Origin: Parcubacteria group bacterium Gr01-1014_20
GTDB taxonomy: Bacteria > Patescibacteriota > Minisyncoccia > UBA6257 > 2-01-FULL-56-20
NCBI GenBank assembly: GCA_007376265.1
Contig: VMFW01000001.1
Coordinates: 2,455 to 66,454, forward strand
DNA length: 64,000 bases
Direction of reading: 5' to 3'
The translations under genes and the position numbers were made by a program. Below the pieces are notes generated by a model that was not told the DNA's origin, made no database searches, and saw only the letters and a program-made list of their open reading frames with translations. The stretch's first letter is position 1; the number at the start of each line of letters is the position of its first letter. Below, piece after piece: positions 47,948 to 56,294 of this stretch.

Positions 47948-48775
47948 TTAGTCGTTCAGGATTGAGAGTAGTTGGTTGTGGATTTTGCCGTTGGTGGCCA
48001 AGGTGCGATTGGCGTAGCACTTCCAGTCGTTACCCCGAAAGTCTGTTACGCGACCCCCGGCTTTTTTCAGAATAAGTCCGGAGGCGGCGGTGTCGAAGGG
48101 ATCAGGTTGGCCGATAATGCCATCGATTTCACCGCTAACCATTTTCATGAAGTAGGCGGTTGAGGAGGTTGGGATTTGACCATGAATGCCGATTCGCCGC
48201 ATTTTTTCCATGATTTGCCAGAAAGGATTTTCGGGTGGGTTGGCGAGTCCAGGTTTTCCATAGTCGAAGGCGACGTTGCAGCGCGTGAGTTCAGTTTTTA
48301 CGCTGACTTTTGGGTGGACGATTTTGTCAGAACCATCCTCGGTCATTTCGGTGGGAGTGTCTATAGTAGCGCTGAAGAGTTGTCTTGCGATGGGTAGGTA
48401 GACTACTCCAGCCACAGAGACACCGTTTTCGATCAGGGCGATCGAAACGCCCCACTCTGGGTTACCTTTGTAATAGCTGATTGTGCCGTCTAGGGGATCG
48501 ATGACCCAGCGCAGCCCTTCCTGACTAAACTCGCCACCAGCCTCTTCGGAGTAGGCAGGAATTTCTGGGAATGCTTCACCAAGAATCTCGAGAATTTTGC
48601 TTTCTGATTTAAGGTCTTGCTGGGTGACGAAGTCTTTGTAGTTTTGGTCGATGGATTCAGCCTCGAGTTGCTCGTCGCGAAGCATTTTGCCAGCGGCGAG
48701 AGCGGCCTCTTTCATTGGGGAGATGTAGTCGTTTTTCACCTGTTTTTTGTCTCCTTTGGGTTTTTTCGATTTCAA
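47948..48775 (-). CDS. Inositol monophosphatase family protein
   Basis: DFVTQQD, SEE, WVIDPLDGT, FDTAA...AGG.VTD. Confidence 0.9.
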   Translation of the reverse strand: MKSKKPKGDKKQVKNDYISPMKEAALAAGKMLRDEQLEAESIDQNYKDFVTQQDLKSESKILEILGEAFPEIPAYSEEAGGEFSQEGLRWVIDPLDGTISYYKGNPEWGVSIALIENGVSVAGVVYLPIARQLFSATIDTPTEMTEDGSDKIVHPKVSVKTELTRCNVAFDYGKPGLANPPENPFWQIMEKMRRIGIHGQIPTSSTAYFMKMVSGEIDGIIGQPDPFDTAASGLILKKAGGRVTDFRGNDWKCYANRTLATNGKIHNQLLSILND

Positions 48776-48822
48776 TAAACTGGTCCAATATTGCGTTATC
48801 GTAAGATTTTTGTCAAGAAAAC

Positions 48823-49623
48823 TTAGCGAGGGGTCAACGGATTTTTTTGTACGTCGTATTTTTCCAAGTACTTTTGGTAGGAAGCCAATGGCGCTCCCAA
48901 AAACTTACTAGTAACACCTTGGTCGAGCTTAATACTCTTGGCTTTGTTTAGGCGGTGGCTTAAGAAAAATTTTTGGATAGCTCGGTCATGACCGAAGACG
49001 AATTTCGCCCCTTTCTTTACGATTTCATCTAGTGAGGTTATGAGAGTCCTTGATTCGTTCGAAAGGTTTTCGAATTTAGCTTGAAGGGTTACTAGAATTT
49101 GCCAGTCTTTTTCGTTGAGAGCGATAGACCAAGAAGAGCATAGAACGACAAAGTTCGTCTTTTTGTCTCGTTTGTTTCCCGTGAGTAGTGTTTTCGGGAG
49201 GGTGTGCATAAAGTCACCCAACGCCTTGGGCGATTTCGTTAAAACTTTCTTGAGTTCACGCAGGAGTCTTAAATCCTTTTCGCTGGGGGCAACTTTTTTT
49301 CTTGGCGTGACGTAAGATTTTTTATCTTTTGTAATATTGAGAAGTTTGAGTTCGAGGGTAGTTGCATTTTTTTTGATGAGAGATATTTCTTCTTCTATTT
49401 CTCGTTTTAAGGTTTGGGGAGTACCTAGGTCTTTCTTTGCGGCTACGCCGATCCAGTTTCCTCCTATGAGGCATAGCCGATTTCGAAAAAGTTTTACCGG
49501 GTGAGTTACGTCTTTTTCCTCGAGAAAAACTTCGGCTGGATTTGACTCACGATAAATAATGCCAACACTTGCGATGTTGTTAACTTTCGGTTTTGCGCTG
49601 GCGTTGTCGTTTCTCTCCAGCAT
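48823..49623 (-). CDS. Divergent NUDIX-like protein (paralog B, basic)
   Basis: IGGNWIG...TLKREIEEEI; start overlaps the trpS stop. Confidence 0.65.
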   Translation of the reverse strand: MLERNDNASAKPKVNNIASVGIIYRESNPAEVFLEEKDVTHPVKLFRNRLCLIGGNWIGVAAKKDLGTPQTLKREIEEEISLIKKNATTLELKLLNITKDKKSYVTPRKKVAPSEKDLRLLRELKKVLTKSPKALGDFMHTLPKTLLTGNKRDKKTNFVVLCSSWSIALNEKDWQILVTLQAKFENLSNESRTLITSLDEIVKKGAKFVFGHDRAIQKFFLSHRLNKAKSIKLDQGVTSKFLGAPLASYQKYLEKYDVQKNPLTPR

Positions 49624-50747
49624 TAAAGAGTGAGACCAGTTCTTTTCTTAACCTCAAGTATCTTTTTGTCGGCAATTTTACCGGCTTTTTTGGATCCTTG
49701 AGTGAGGGTGGTCGAAAGAGTGCTCGGCTTTGCGAGCAAGGATTTTTTATTTTTGCGATAGTCAGCGAAGTAGGTTATGGCAAGTTTGGCGAGGGAAGAT
49801 TTGAGTTCAGAGTAGGTTTTTCCAGAGAATTCTTTTTCGAGTTTCTCGGTGTTTTTGTCGCTGAGGCTCGAGTAAATCTTTAAAAGATTCGAGATGGCTG
49901 GTTTGGTTTCGGGATTGAACTTAACTTCGTTGCCGGAGTCGGTTACCGCGCGTTTGATTTTGGATTCTATCACCTCGGGGGAGTCATCTAAGAAAAGGCA
50001 GGTTTCGGGTTTGGACTTAGACATTTTTTTAGAAGGGTCGCCCAGACTCATGACTCTCGGGATTTCGGTGTGAAGGCCTTGGGGTTCGGTGAAAACTTTC
50101 CCGAACTTGGAATTGAATTTTCGAACCAGGGCGCGGGTGAGCTCTAGGTGCTGGTCTTGATCGTCGCCTGTGGGGACAAACTTCGCGTCGTATAAAATGA
50201 TGTCGGCGGCCATCAAAATTGGATAAGTGAAGAGGCCTGCATTTGTATTTTCCCGCGCCTCTTTGGCCTTATCAAAATATTCTATAGACTCGTTGAGTTT
50301 TTTTATGAAATCGTCTGTTTTAACTGGGGTACCCGGTTTAAAGTCTAGTCGAGCGTTTTCTAGTATTTTTCGTGCTTCAGCATAGTTTTTTGACATGCCT
50401 GCTTTATCTTTAAATTGCGTCATCCTTTCAAGTTCACCCATTGGGGTAATGGTGTTTAAAATAAAAGCTAGTTCAGAGTGGGCAGGGATTTGGGACTGCT
50501 GGAAGATGACGGATTTTTTGGGATCCAAACCGGCGGCGAGATAGTCGGCGGTGAGTTCCAAAATCTGCTTGGCTTTTTCTTCGGGATTGAACTCTTCGGT
50601 TAAGGAGTGAAGATCGGCGATGAAAAAGTAGCACTCATACTTGTCGGAGTTTTGGAGGTCAACGAAATTTTTCAGGGCGCCGAGGTAATTTCCAAGATGG
50701 AGGCGACCCGAAGGTTGGATGCCAGATAGTAAGCGAGGCCTCGACAT
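49623..50747 (-). CDS. trpS: Tryptophan--tRNA ligase
   Basis: SGIQPSGRLHLGNYLGA, YPILMAADI, DQDQHLE, KMSKS. Confidence 0.98.
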   Translation of the reverse strand: MSRPRLLSGIQPSGRLHLGNYLGALKNFVDLQNSDKYECYFFIADLHSLTEEFNPEEKAKQILELTADYLAAGLDPKKSVIFQQSQIPAHSELAFILNTITPMGELERMTQFKDKAGMSKNYAEARKILENARLDFKPGTPVKTDDFIKKLNESIEYFDKAKEARENTNAGLFTYPILMAADIILYDAKFVPTGDDQDQHLELTRALVRKFNSKFGKVFTEPQGLHTEIPRVMSLGDPSKKMSKSKPETCLFLDDSPEVIESKIKRAVTDSGNEVKFNPETKPAISNLLKIYSSLSDKNTEKLEKEFSGKTYSELKSSLAKLAITYFADYRKNKKSLLAKPSTLSTTLTQGSKKAGKIADKKILEVKKRTGLTL

Positions 50748-50764
50748 AAATTTAATTAAAAACT

Positions 50765-52495
50765 TTAAACTTCGATGATGACGGGCAAGATCATGGGCCG
50801 ACGTTTAGTTTTAGTATACAAAAGTTGGCCGACTTGGTCGCGGATCAGAGTTTTCAAATAATCGGCTTCGAGGGGCTGATAGTTTGGGAGGCGGGCGACA
50901 AGGTTTCTGATTTTTTTTCTTATTTCTTCTAGAATGTCCTGGTTCTCCTTGATGTAGATAAAACCGCGCGAGATAATGTCTGGACTTTTTAGGAGCTTGT
51001 TGTGTTTGCGATCGATGGTAGCAATGATCACGACCATCCCCTCCTGAGAGAGGGCCCGCCGATCTCGGAGAACTACCTCTTCGACATCTCCCACTCCAAG
51101 ACCGTCAACCATGACGTAAGAAGCAGGAACGGTTTCACGAGTGATAGAGAAGCTGTCTTTGGTGATCTCGGACACCTGGCCGTTATCGAGGAGGAAGATA
51201 TTTTTTCGGGGGATGCCGATTTCCACTCCGGATTGGGCGTTAATTGAGCGTTTGTAAAAGTAGCCGTGAATGGGCACCAAGAATTTGGGATTTAAAAGTT
51301 TCATGGCAAGTTTTAAATCTTCCTTCGGGGCGTGACCAGAGGCGTGGATGTCGATGATATCAGAGGTGTAAATGATTGCGCCCTGACGAGCGAGATTATC
51401 TTTTAGGCCTTGAACGCTGCGTTCGTTGCCGGGAATTACCGAGGCTGAAAACATGACGGTGTCGCCGGGTTTGATTTGAATGTGGCGGTGCTCGCCGTTG
51501 ATTATTTTCATAAGCGAGGCGTTTGATTCACCCTGCGCGCCAGTTGAGAGGATTAAAATCTTGTTGTCTTTGTATTTATGAATCTCCTCGACGGGAATGA
51601 TTGTGTCTGGGTCGGATTTAATGAAGCCGAGGCGTTTAGCGATCTCAATATTGGCTTTCATGGAGTATCCAGAGAGGGCGACTTTGCGGCCGAGTTTTTC
51701 AGAGATTTTAATGACCTCGGCGATGCGAGTAAGAACCGAAGCGAACATGGCAACGATGATCCGACCCTCGGCTCCCTTGATCAACTCCTCCAGGTTTTTT
51801 TCGACAGTGCGTTCGGACTCGGAGCGACCAGGGCGGTCGGCATTGGTACTTTCTATCGTGAAGACGTGGACACCTTGTTTGCCGATTCTTTCAAGATCTT
51901 GGGTTTCGGTCGGATTGCCCTTGGCGTCGTATTCAATTTTGAAGTCGCCGAGGTTAACAACGTTTCCCACTGGAGTTCGAAGATTGACGGCGGTTGACTC
52001 TGGGATGGTGTGGATGATACCGAAAAATTCTGCCTCGAAATGATTGGAAAGTTTTACAACGTCGCCGTTTTTGACGACGATGATGTTTAGTTTATCTCGA
52101 TTCGGGAAGTCCTCTTGTCTTTTTTCTATGAGAGCTTTAGTAAGCGAGGTGCAGTAGATTGGTGGGTTGCCGATTTTTCCCATGATGTAGGGAATGGCGC
52201 CGATGTGATCGTAGTGGCCGTGGGTGATAATGAGGGCGTGGACGTTAGCTTTTTTGGATTCTAAGTAAGAGACGTTTGGAATAATAAAATCGATACCGGG
52301 AGTTTCTTCTTCCGGGAACTGCAAACCAGCATCGATAGCGACGATTTCATTTTTATATTCGAAGAACATCATGTTCCGACCGATTTCTTCGAGGCCCCCA
52401 AGCGGAACAAAGCGAAGGTGGGGTTCGCTCTTGTTGGTAGATTTTTGATCAACCGGGGGTTTAATTCTCGGTCGAGGATAAGTTTTTCTGATCAT
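50765..52495 (-). CDS. rnj: Ribonuclease J
   Basis: PLGGLEEIGRN, THGHYDHIG, HASGH, DGLGVGD, RRPMILP. Confidence 0.97.
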   Translation of the reverse strand: MIRKTYPRPRIKPPVDQKSTNKSEPHLRFVPLGGLEEIGRNMMFFEYKNEIVAIDAGLQFPEEETPGIDFIIPNVSYLESKKANVHALIITHGHYDHIGAIPYIMGKIGNPPIYCTSLTKALIEKRQEDFPNRDKLNIIVVKNGDVVKLSNHFEAEFFGIIHTIPESTAVNLRTPVGNVVNLGDFKIEYDAKGNPTETQDLERIGKQGVHVFTIESTNADRPGRSESERTVEKNLEELIKGAEGRIIVAMFASVLTRIAEVIKISEKLGRKVALSGYSMKANIEIAKRLGFIKSDPDTIIPVEEIHKYKDNKILILSTGAQGESNASLMKIINGEHRHIQIKPGDTVMFSASVIPGNERSVQGLKDNLARQGAIIYTSDIIDIHASGHAPKEDLKLAMKLLNPKFLVPIHGYFYKRSINAQSGVEIGIPRKNIFLLDNGQVSEITKDSFSITRETVPASYVMVDGLGVGDVEEVVLRDRRALSQEGMVVIIATIDRKHNKLLKSPDIISRGFIYIKENQDILEEIRKKIRNLVARLPNYQPLEADYLKTLIRDQVGQLLYTKTKRRPMILPVIIEV

Positions 52496-52576
52496 GTTTT
52501 GCTTTGTTGTCGCCCCGTCTGGGGCGGAGCATAAGAAAATCTAGAATTCGTTTTGCTAATTAAGATTTTCTATTTG

Positions 52577-52658
52577 TGCCGAGGGTGGGACTTGAACCCA
52601 CAAGCCTTGCGGCATACGGCCCTGAACCGTACGTGTCTGCCAATTTCACCACCTCGGC
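52577..52658 (-). tRNA. tRNA-Leu(CAG)
   Basis: GCCGAGG acceptor, TACGG-TTCAGGG-CCGTA anticodon arm, long variable arm. Confidence 0.95.
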
Positions 52659-52835
52659 AAAAGGGGGATTTTGTAGAATGTTTGTTTTATGAAGTTTTTC
52701 TCAAGTTCGAGTTACTTAAATTTTGACTAAGTGAGTAGTTGTGGCTAGGGTGATTTCGAGGGTTTGAATCAAAGAAGGGATAATTGAAGGTATTTTGATT
52801 CTAATTTCTGGTTTTGAATAAGTCAAATAAAGAAT

Positions 52836-52869
52836 TCCCCCAGTCACACATTGCTGTATGACTGGGGGA
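52836..52869 (-). terminator. Terminator hairpin
   Basis: TCCCCCAGTCA/TGACTGGGGGA stem just after the 52874 stop. Confidence 0.7.
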
Positions 52870-52873
52870 TGGA

Positions 52874-53698
52874 CTACTCTCGTATGTCTCTTGGACCCAA
52901 AACGAACTGGTAGGCGTGAACGCCCTTCCCTGGAATGCGGAACTGGCGTTCGGCGGTGCCCTGGATGTAGCCCTCGCTTGCAAAAGTGAACTGGAGGCTG
53001 GCCTGTTGCCCACGCTCCAGAACTTCTCGTCCGTGGAAGATGTAGATTTCACCGGGACGAAGAGTGTAGCGAAGCTGGCCGCCCACTCTGATACTTAGAT
53101 CAAAGTGAGTGTTGTTGGCTACTTGGACCACGGCCGTGGCGTTCCAATCTTCCCTGGGGTAATCAACCGTGTGCGTGCGCAGACTGGCTTTGGCGAGAGC
53201 GTAAACGGGTGTTTGGCCGCTTCGGAGTTGATTTCCGTCGGGGGTTTTTATGTCTCCCAGGCGGACGATCCAGGATTGCGATCGGGGATTCTGACTTTGA
53301 AAACTAAAGATCTTGGAGGCGAATCCGAGATGTTTTCCTTGCGAGAGGTCGTCGGCGTCGAGGTAGTACTTGATGAGAACCGACACCTGAGGATTCAGGG
53401 GTTCCCACTTTAGACCAAGGAGTTCTTGGCCGATGACGCCGTCGATGCTTTCACCCGGTGCGATGAGAGCCACTTCCTTGTCGTAGACGTAGACTCTTCC
53501 GTAGAAAGGAACAGCCGAGGTCACCGAGAGGTGATTGCCATTCAGGTCGAAGCCAAGCTTTTTCATAGCTGGGCTATCCACTTTCACAGCGGAAAGCGAG
53601 TTTTCGACCAGGCCCGCGATTTGCTTGATGATTCCGGCGTTTGCTGATTGGGTCAGGAGCGCGACGATCACGACGAGAAAAAGCGTCTTTTTTGCCAT
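52874..53698 (-). CDS. Secreted protein with two tandem homologous beta-rich domains
   Basis: Signal peptide ending ANA; GGAGG SD; TTGACA-17-TATAAT promoter. Confidence 0.75.
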   Translation of the reverse strand: MAKKTLFLVVIVALLTQSANAGIIKQIAGLVENSLSAVKVDSPAMKKLGFDLNGNHLSVTSAVPFYGRVYVYDKEVALIAPGESIDGVIGQELLGLKWEPLNPQVSVLIKYYLDADDLSQGKHLGFASKIFSFQSQNPRSQSWIVRLGDIKTPDGNQLRSGQTPVYALAKASLRTHTVDYPREDWNATAVVQVANNTHFDLSIRVGGQLRYTLRPGEIYIFHGREVLERGQQASLQFTFASEGYIQGTAERQFRIPGKGVHAYQFVLGPRDIRE

Positions 53699-53864
53699 AT
53701 AGACATCCTCCGTTTTCGGGTTTAGAGAGTTAAGACTACTTTCTTTATTATATACTTTTATCTATTAAATGTCAAATGAGAAGAAGGTTTGACTACTTTC
53801 GGTTTTTAGGACAAGATGGAGGCGGATTTTTAACAATTTAGAGGAGAATAAGGAGGTGACCTGA

Positions 53865-54806
53865 ATGGCCAAAAATAAACCCACTTTTGCCCTTGGGCGA
53901 GCGGGTTATATTCCCAAGCGTCGTGAAGGGAAAACCAGCAATATGAATGGGCGGCCGAAGCGAGGACGAGAGGAGGGCGAAGCCCTTGATCTTTACCTGA
54001 ACGAGATTGGCCGTATTCCGCTTTTGACTGGAGAGCAAGAGAGGGCTCTCGCGACCCGAGTTCGAGAGGGTGATGAAGAGGCTTGTCAAAAACTCGTGCA
54101 GTCGAATCTGCGATTTGTGGTTTCAGTAGCGAAACAATACCAGAACCAGGGTATGACACTCGGTGACTTGATCAACGAGGGCAATGTTGGTTTGATGAAA
54201 GCCGCAAAGAGATTTGACCCAAGCCTGGGTTTCAAGTTTATTTCTTACGCGGTGTGGTGGATTCGCCAGGCGGTCTTGCAGGCACTTTCCGAGCAGTCGA
54301 GGATTGTTCGGCTTCCCCTCAATAAGGTTGGTGATCTTCAAAAGATCAACCGGACGAAAGAAATGCTCGAGAAAGACGGTGGGCAACCGGCGGATGCGGC
54401 AACAATTGCCGATGAGCTTGGAATGTCTAGCGAAGATGTGACCCGAGCTCTCCAGATCGCAGGGACTCATTTGTCGCTAGACGCTCCTTTCGCGGGCGCG
54501 GAGGACACTAGTCTCATGGATATCCTTGAAGATGAGGCGGTTGTTTCACCGGACGTGGCGGCTCTTGAGGGTTCTTTGAGGGACGCGATTGACGTTTGTC
54601 TTTCTCAGCTTTCGGCAAGAGAGGAGTTGGTGGTTAGACTTTATTCTGGGTTAAGTGCTGACGGTATGAAACTTACCCTCGAAGAGATTGGTGTCAGGCT
54701 TAACATAACCCGAGAGAGGGTGAGGCAAATCAAAGAAAAGGCTCTTAAGCGCCTTCGAATTGGCAATCGAGCTAGACTCCTGAGGTCGTTTTACGATTCT
54801 TTCTAA
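53865..54806 (+). CDS. Sigma70 factor, short RpoD-like, FCB/Bacteroidota type
   Basis: YLNEIG, NLRFVVSVAKQYQNQG, DLINEGN, FKFISYAVWWIRQ, TRERVRQIKEKAL; no region 1.1. Confidence 0.92.
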   Translation: MAKNKPTFALGRAGYIPKRREGKTSNMNGRPKRGREEGEALDLYLNEIGRIPLLTGEQERALATRVREGDEEACQKLVQSNLRFVVSVAKQYQNQGMTLGDLINEGNVGLMKAAKRFDPSLGFKFISYAVWWIRQAVLQALSEQSRIVRLPLNKVGDLQKINRTKEMLEKDGGQPADAATIADELGMSSEDVTRALQIAGTHLSLDAPFAGAEDTSLMDILEDEAVVSPDVAALEGSLRDAIDVCLSQLSAREELVVRLYSGLSADGMKLTLEEIGVRLNITRERVRQIKEKALKRLRIGNRARLLRSFYDSF

Positions 54807-54834
54807 GCCACCCGTATTTAAGGGTGGCTTTTTT
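54805..54834 (+). terminator. Intrinsic terminator
   Basis: AAGCCACCC-gtatttaa-GGGTGGCTT followed by TTTT. Confidence 0.8.
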
Positions 54835-54854
54835 ATACCCATCCATCCCTTGTA

Positions 54855-54882
54855 TTGACAGGTAAATGCTCGCATGTATAAT
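54855..54882 (+). promoter_or_regulatory. Sigma70 promoter of nusA
   Basis: TTGACA-16-TATAAT. Confidence 0.7.
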
Positions 54883-55002
54883 TAAGACTAATTCAGATTC
54901 GATTGATTTTTGGTCCGCCTGCGAGCGGACTTTATTATTGAGAGCGGTCACGAATATAAGAATTTCGATGAATATACAAACGAGTAATTATTTAAAACTA
55001 AA

Positions 55003-56274
55003 ATGTTTGATGTAAAAAGTTTTTCGAAGTTAGTAACACAGGTGGCGGAGGAGAAGGGAATTCCGGCCGAAAAAGTAATCGAGGCGATTGAATCTGCAAT
55101 TGCGGCGGCCTACAAGAAAGAATATGGGGTAAGAGGTGAGATCGTGAAAGCAAAGTTTAACCTAAAAACCGGAGGGGTTGATTTTTGGCGAGTTAAGACG
55201 GTGGTGGATGAAACGACGGTAAGGGTTGTCGAGGAGGGAGAAGAGGAAAGTGAAGCTTCGACGTTCGCCCGAGGCGAGGTCGGAGTCCCGCCCGTTTCGC
55301 GTGTTGGGAAAGAGACTGAAGATGATGAGCAGAAACTTCCCCGTTACAATTCGGAGAGACACATTTTTATTAAAGAAGCGCGAGAGATAAAAGCTGACGC
55401 GGTTTTGGGAGAGGAGTTAACTTTTCCTCTCGAGATGAGGGAAGATTTTGGAAGGATTGCGGCTCAAGCGGCCAAGCAGGTGATTTTTCAAAAACTTAGA
55501 GGCTCGGAGCGGGATTCTATTTTGAGCGAGTGGCGAGGCAAAGAGGGGCAGGTTGTGAGCGGAGTAGTGCAGCGTTTTGAGAAGGGGCACATTTACATTG
55601 ATCTAGGAAGAACAGTGGGGGTGATGTTTTCAAATGAGTCAGTTCCAAGTGAGCACTATCGTTCTGGTGATCGGATGAAGTTTTTGGTCTTAGCGGTTCA
55701 GGAAGACACCCGCTTGCCGGGGGTGATTCTTTCCCGCTCACATCCGAAGTTTGTGGCTAAGCTTTTTGAGAGTGAGGTGCCGGAGCTGGCTGAGGGATTA
55801 GTGGAAATAAAAGCTATCACTCGAGAGCCAGGCAACCGAACGAAACTGGCGGTGGCTTCGAATGCTGATGGGGTGGATCCGGTAGGGGCTTTGGTTGGCC
55901 AGCGTGGAACGAGGGTGATGGTTGTAAACAATGAACTCGGAAATGAGAAGATTGATATTATCGAATGGTCGGATGACCCAGAGAAATTTATCGCGAACGC
56001 GCTTTCGCCAGCTAAAGTGATGGGAGTAGAGGCTTTGCAAAGGAGGGAGGCCAGGGTTTTTGTGCCGGAAGATCAGTTGAGTTTGGCGATTGGCCGAGGT
56101 GGCCAGAACGTCCGGTTGGCGGCTAGACTTACGGGTTGGAAGATTGATGTTCGGTCGCAAACGAGGCCGGAAGAAGTTCAAGCGGGAGGGGTGGCGGGGG
56201 GAGAGGTGTCGGGTAATTTTGAGGAAACGCCGGATGATAAAGACGAAGCCAAACCGGCCAAAGCTAAAAAATAA
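55003..56274 (+). CDS. nusA: Transcription termination factor NusA
   Basis: FGRIAAQAAKQV, REPGNRTK, DPVGALVG, LSLAIGRGGQNVRLA. Confidence 0.98.
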   Translation: MFDVKSFSKLVTQVAEEKGIPAEKVIEAIESAIAAAYKKEYGVRGEIVKAKFNLKTGGVDFWRVKTVVDETTVRVVEEGEEESEASTFARGEVGVPPVSRVGKETEDDEQKLPRYNSERHIFIKEAREIKADAVLGEELTFPLEMREDFGRIAAQAAKQVIFQKLRGSERDSILSEWRGKEGQVVSGVVQRFEKGHIYIDLGRTVGVMFSNESVPSEHYRSGDRMKFLVLAVQEDTRLPGVILSRSHPKFVAKLFESEVPELAEGLVEIKAITREPGNRTKLAVASNADGVDPVGALVGQRGTRVMVVNNELGNEKIDIIEWSDDPEKFIANALSPAKVMGVEALQRREARVFVPEDQLSLAIGRGGQNVRLAARLTGWKIDVRSQTRPEEVQAGGVAGGEVSGNFEETPDDKDEAKPAKAKK

Positions 56275-56294
56275 ACTATTAAATTAATTTAAAC

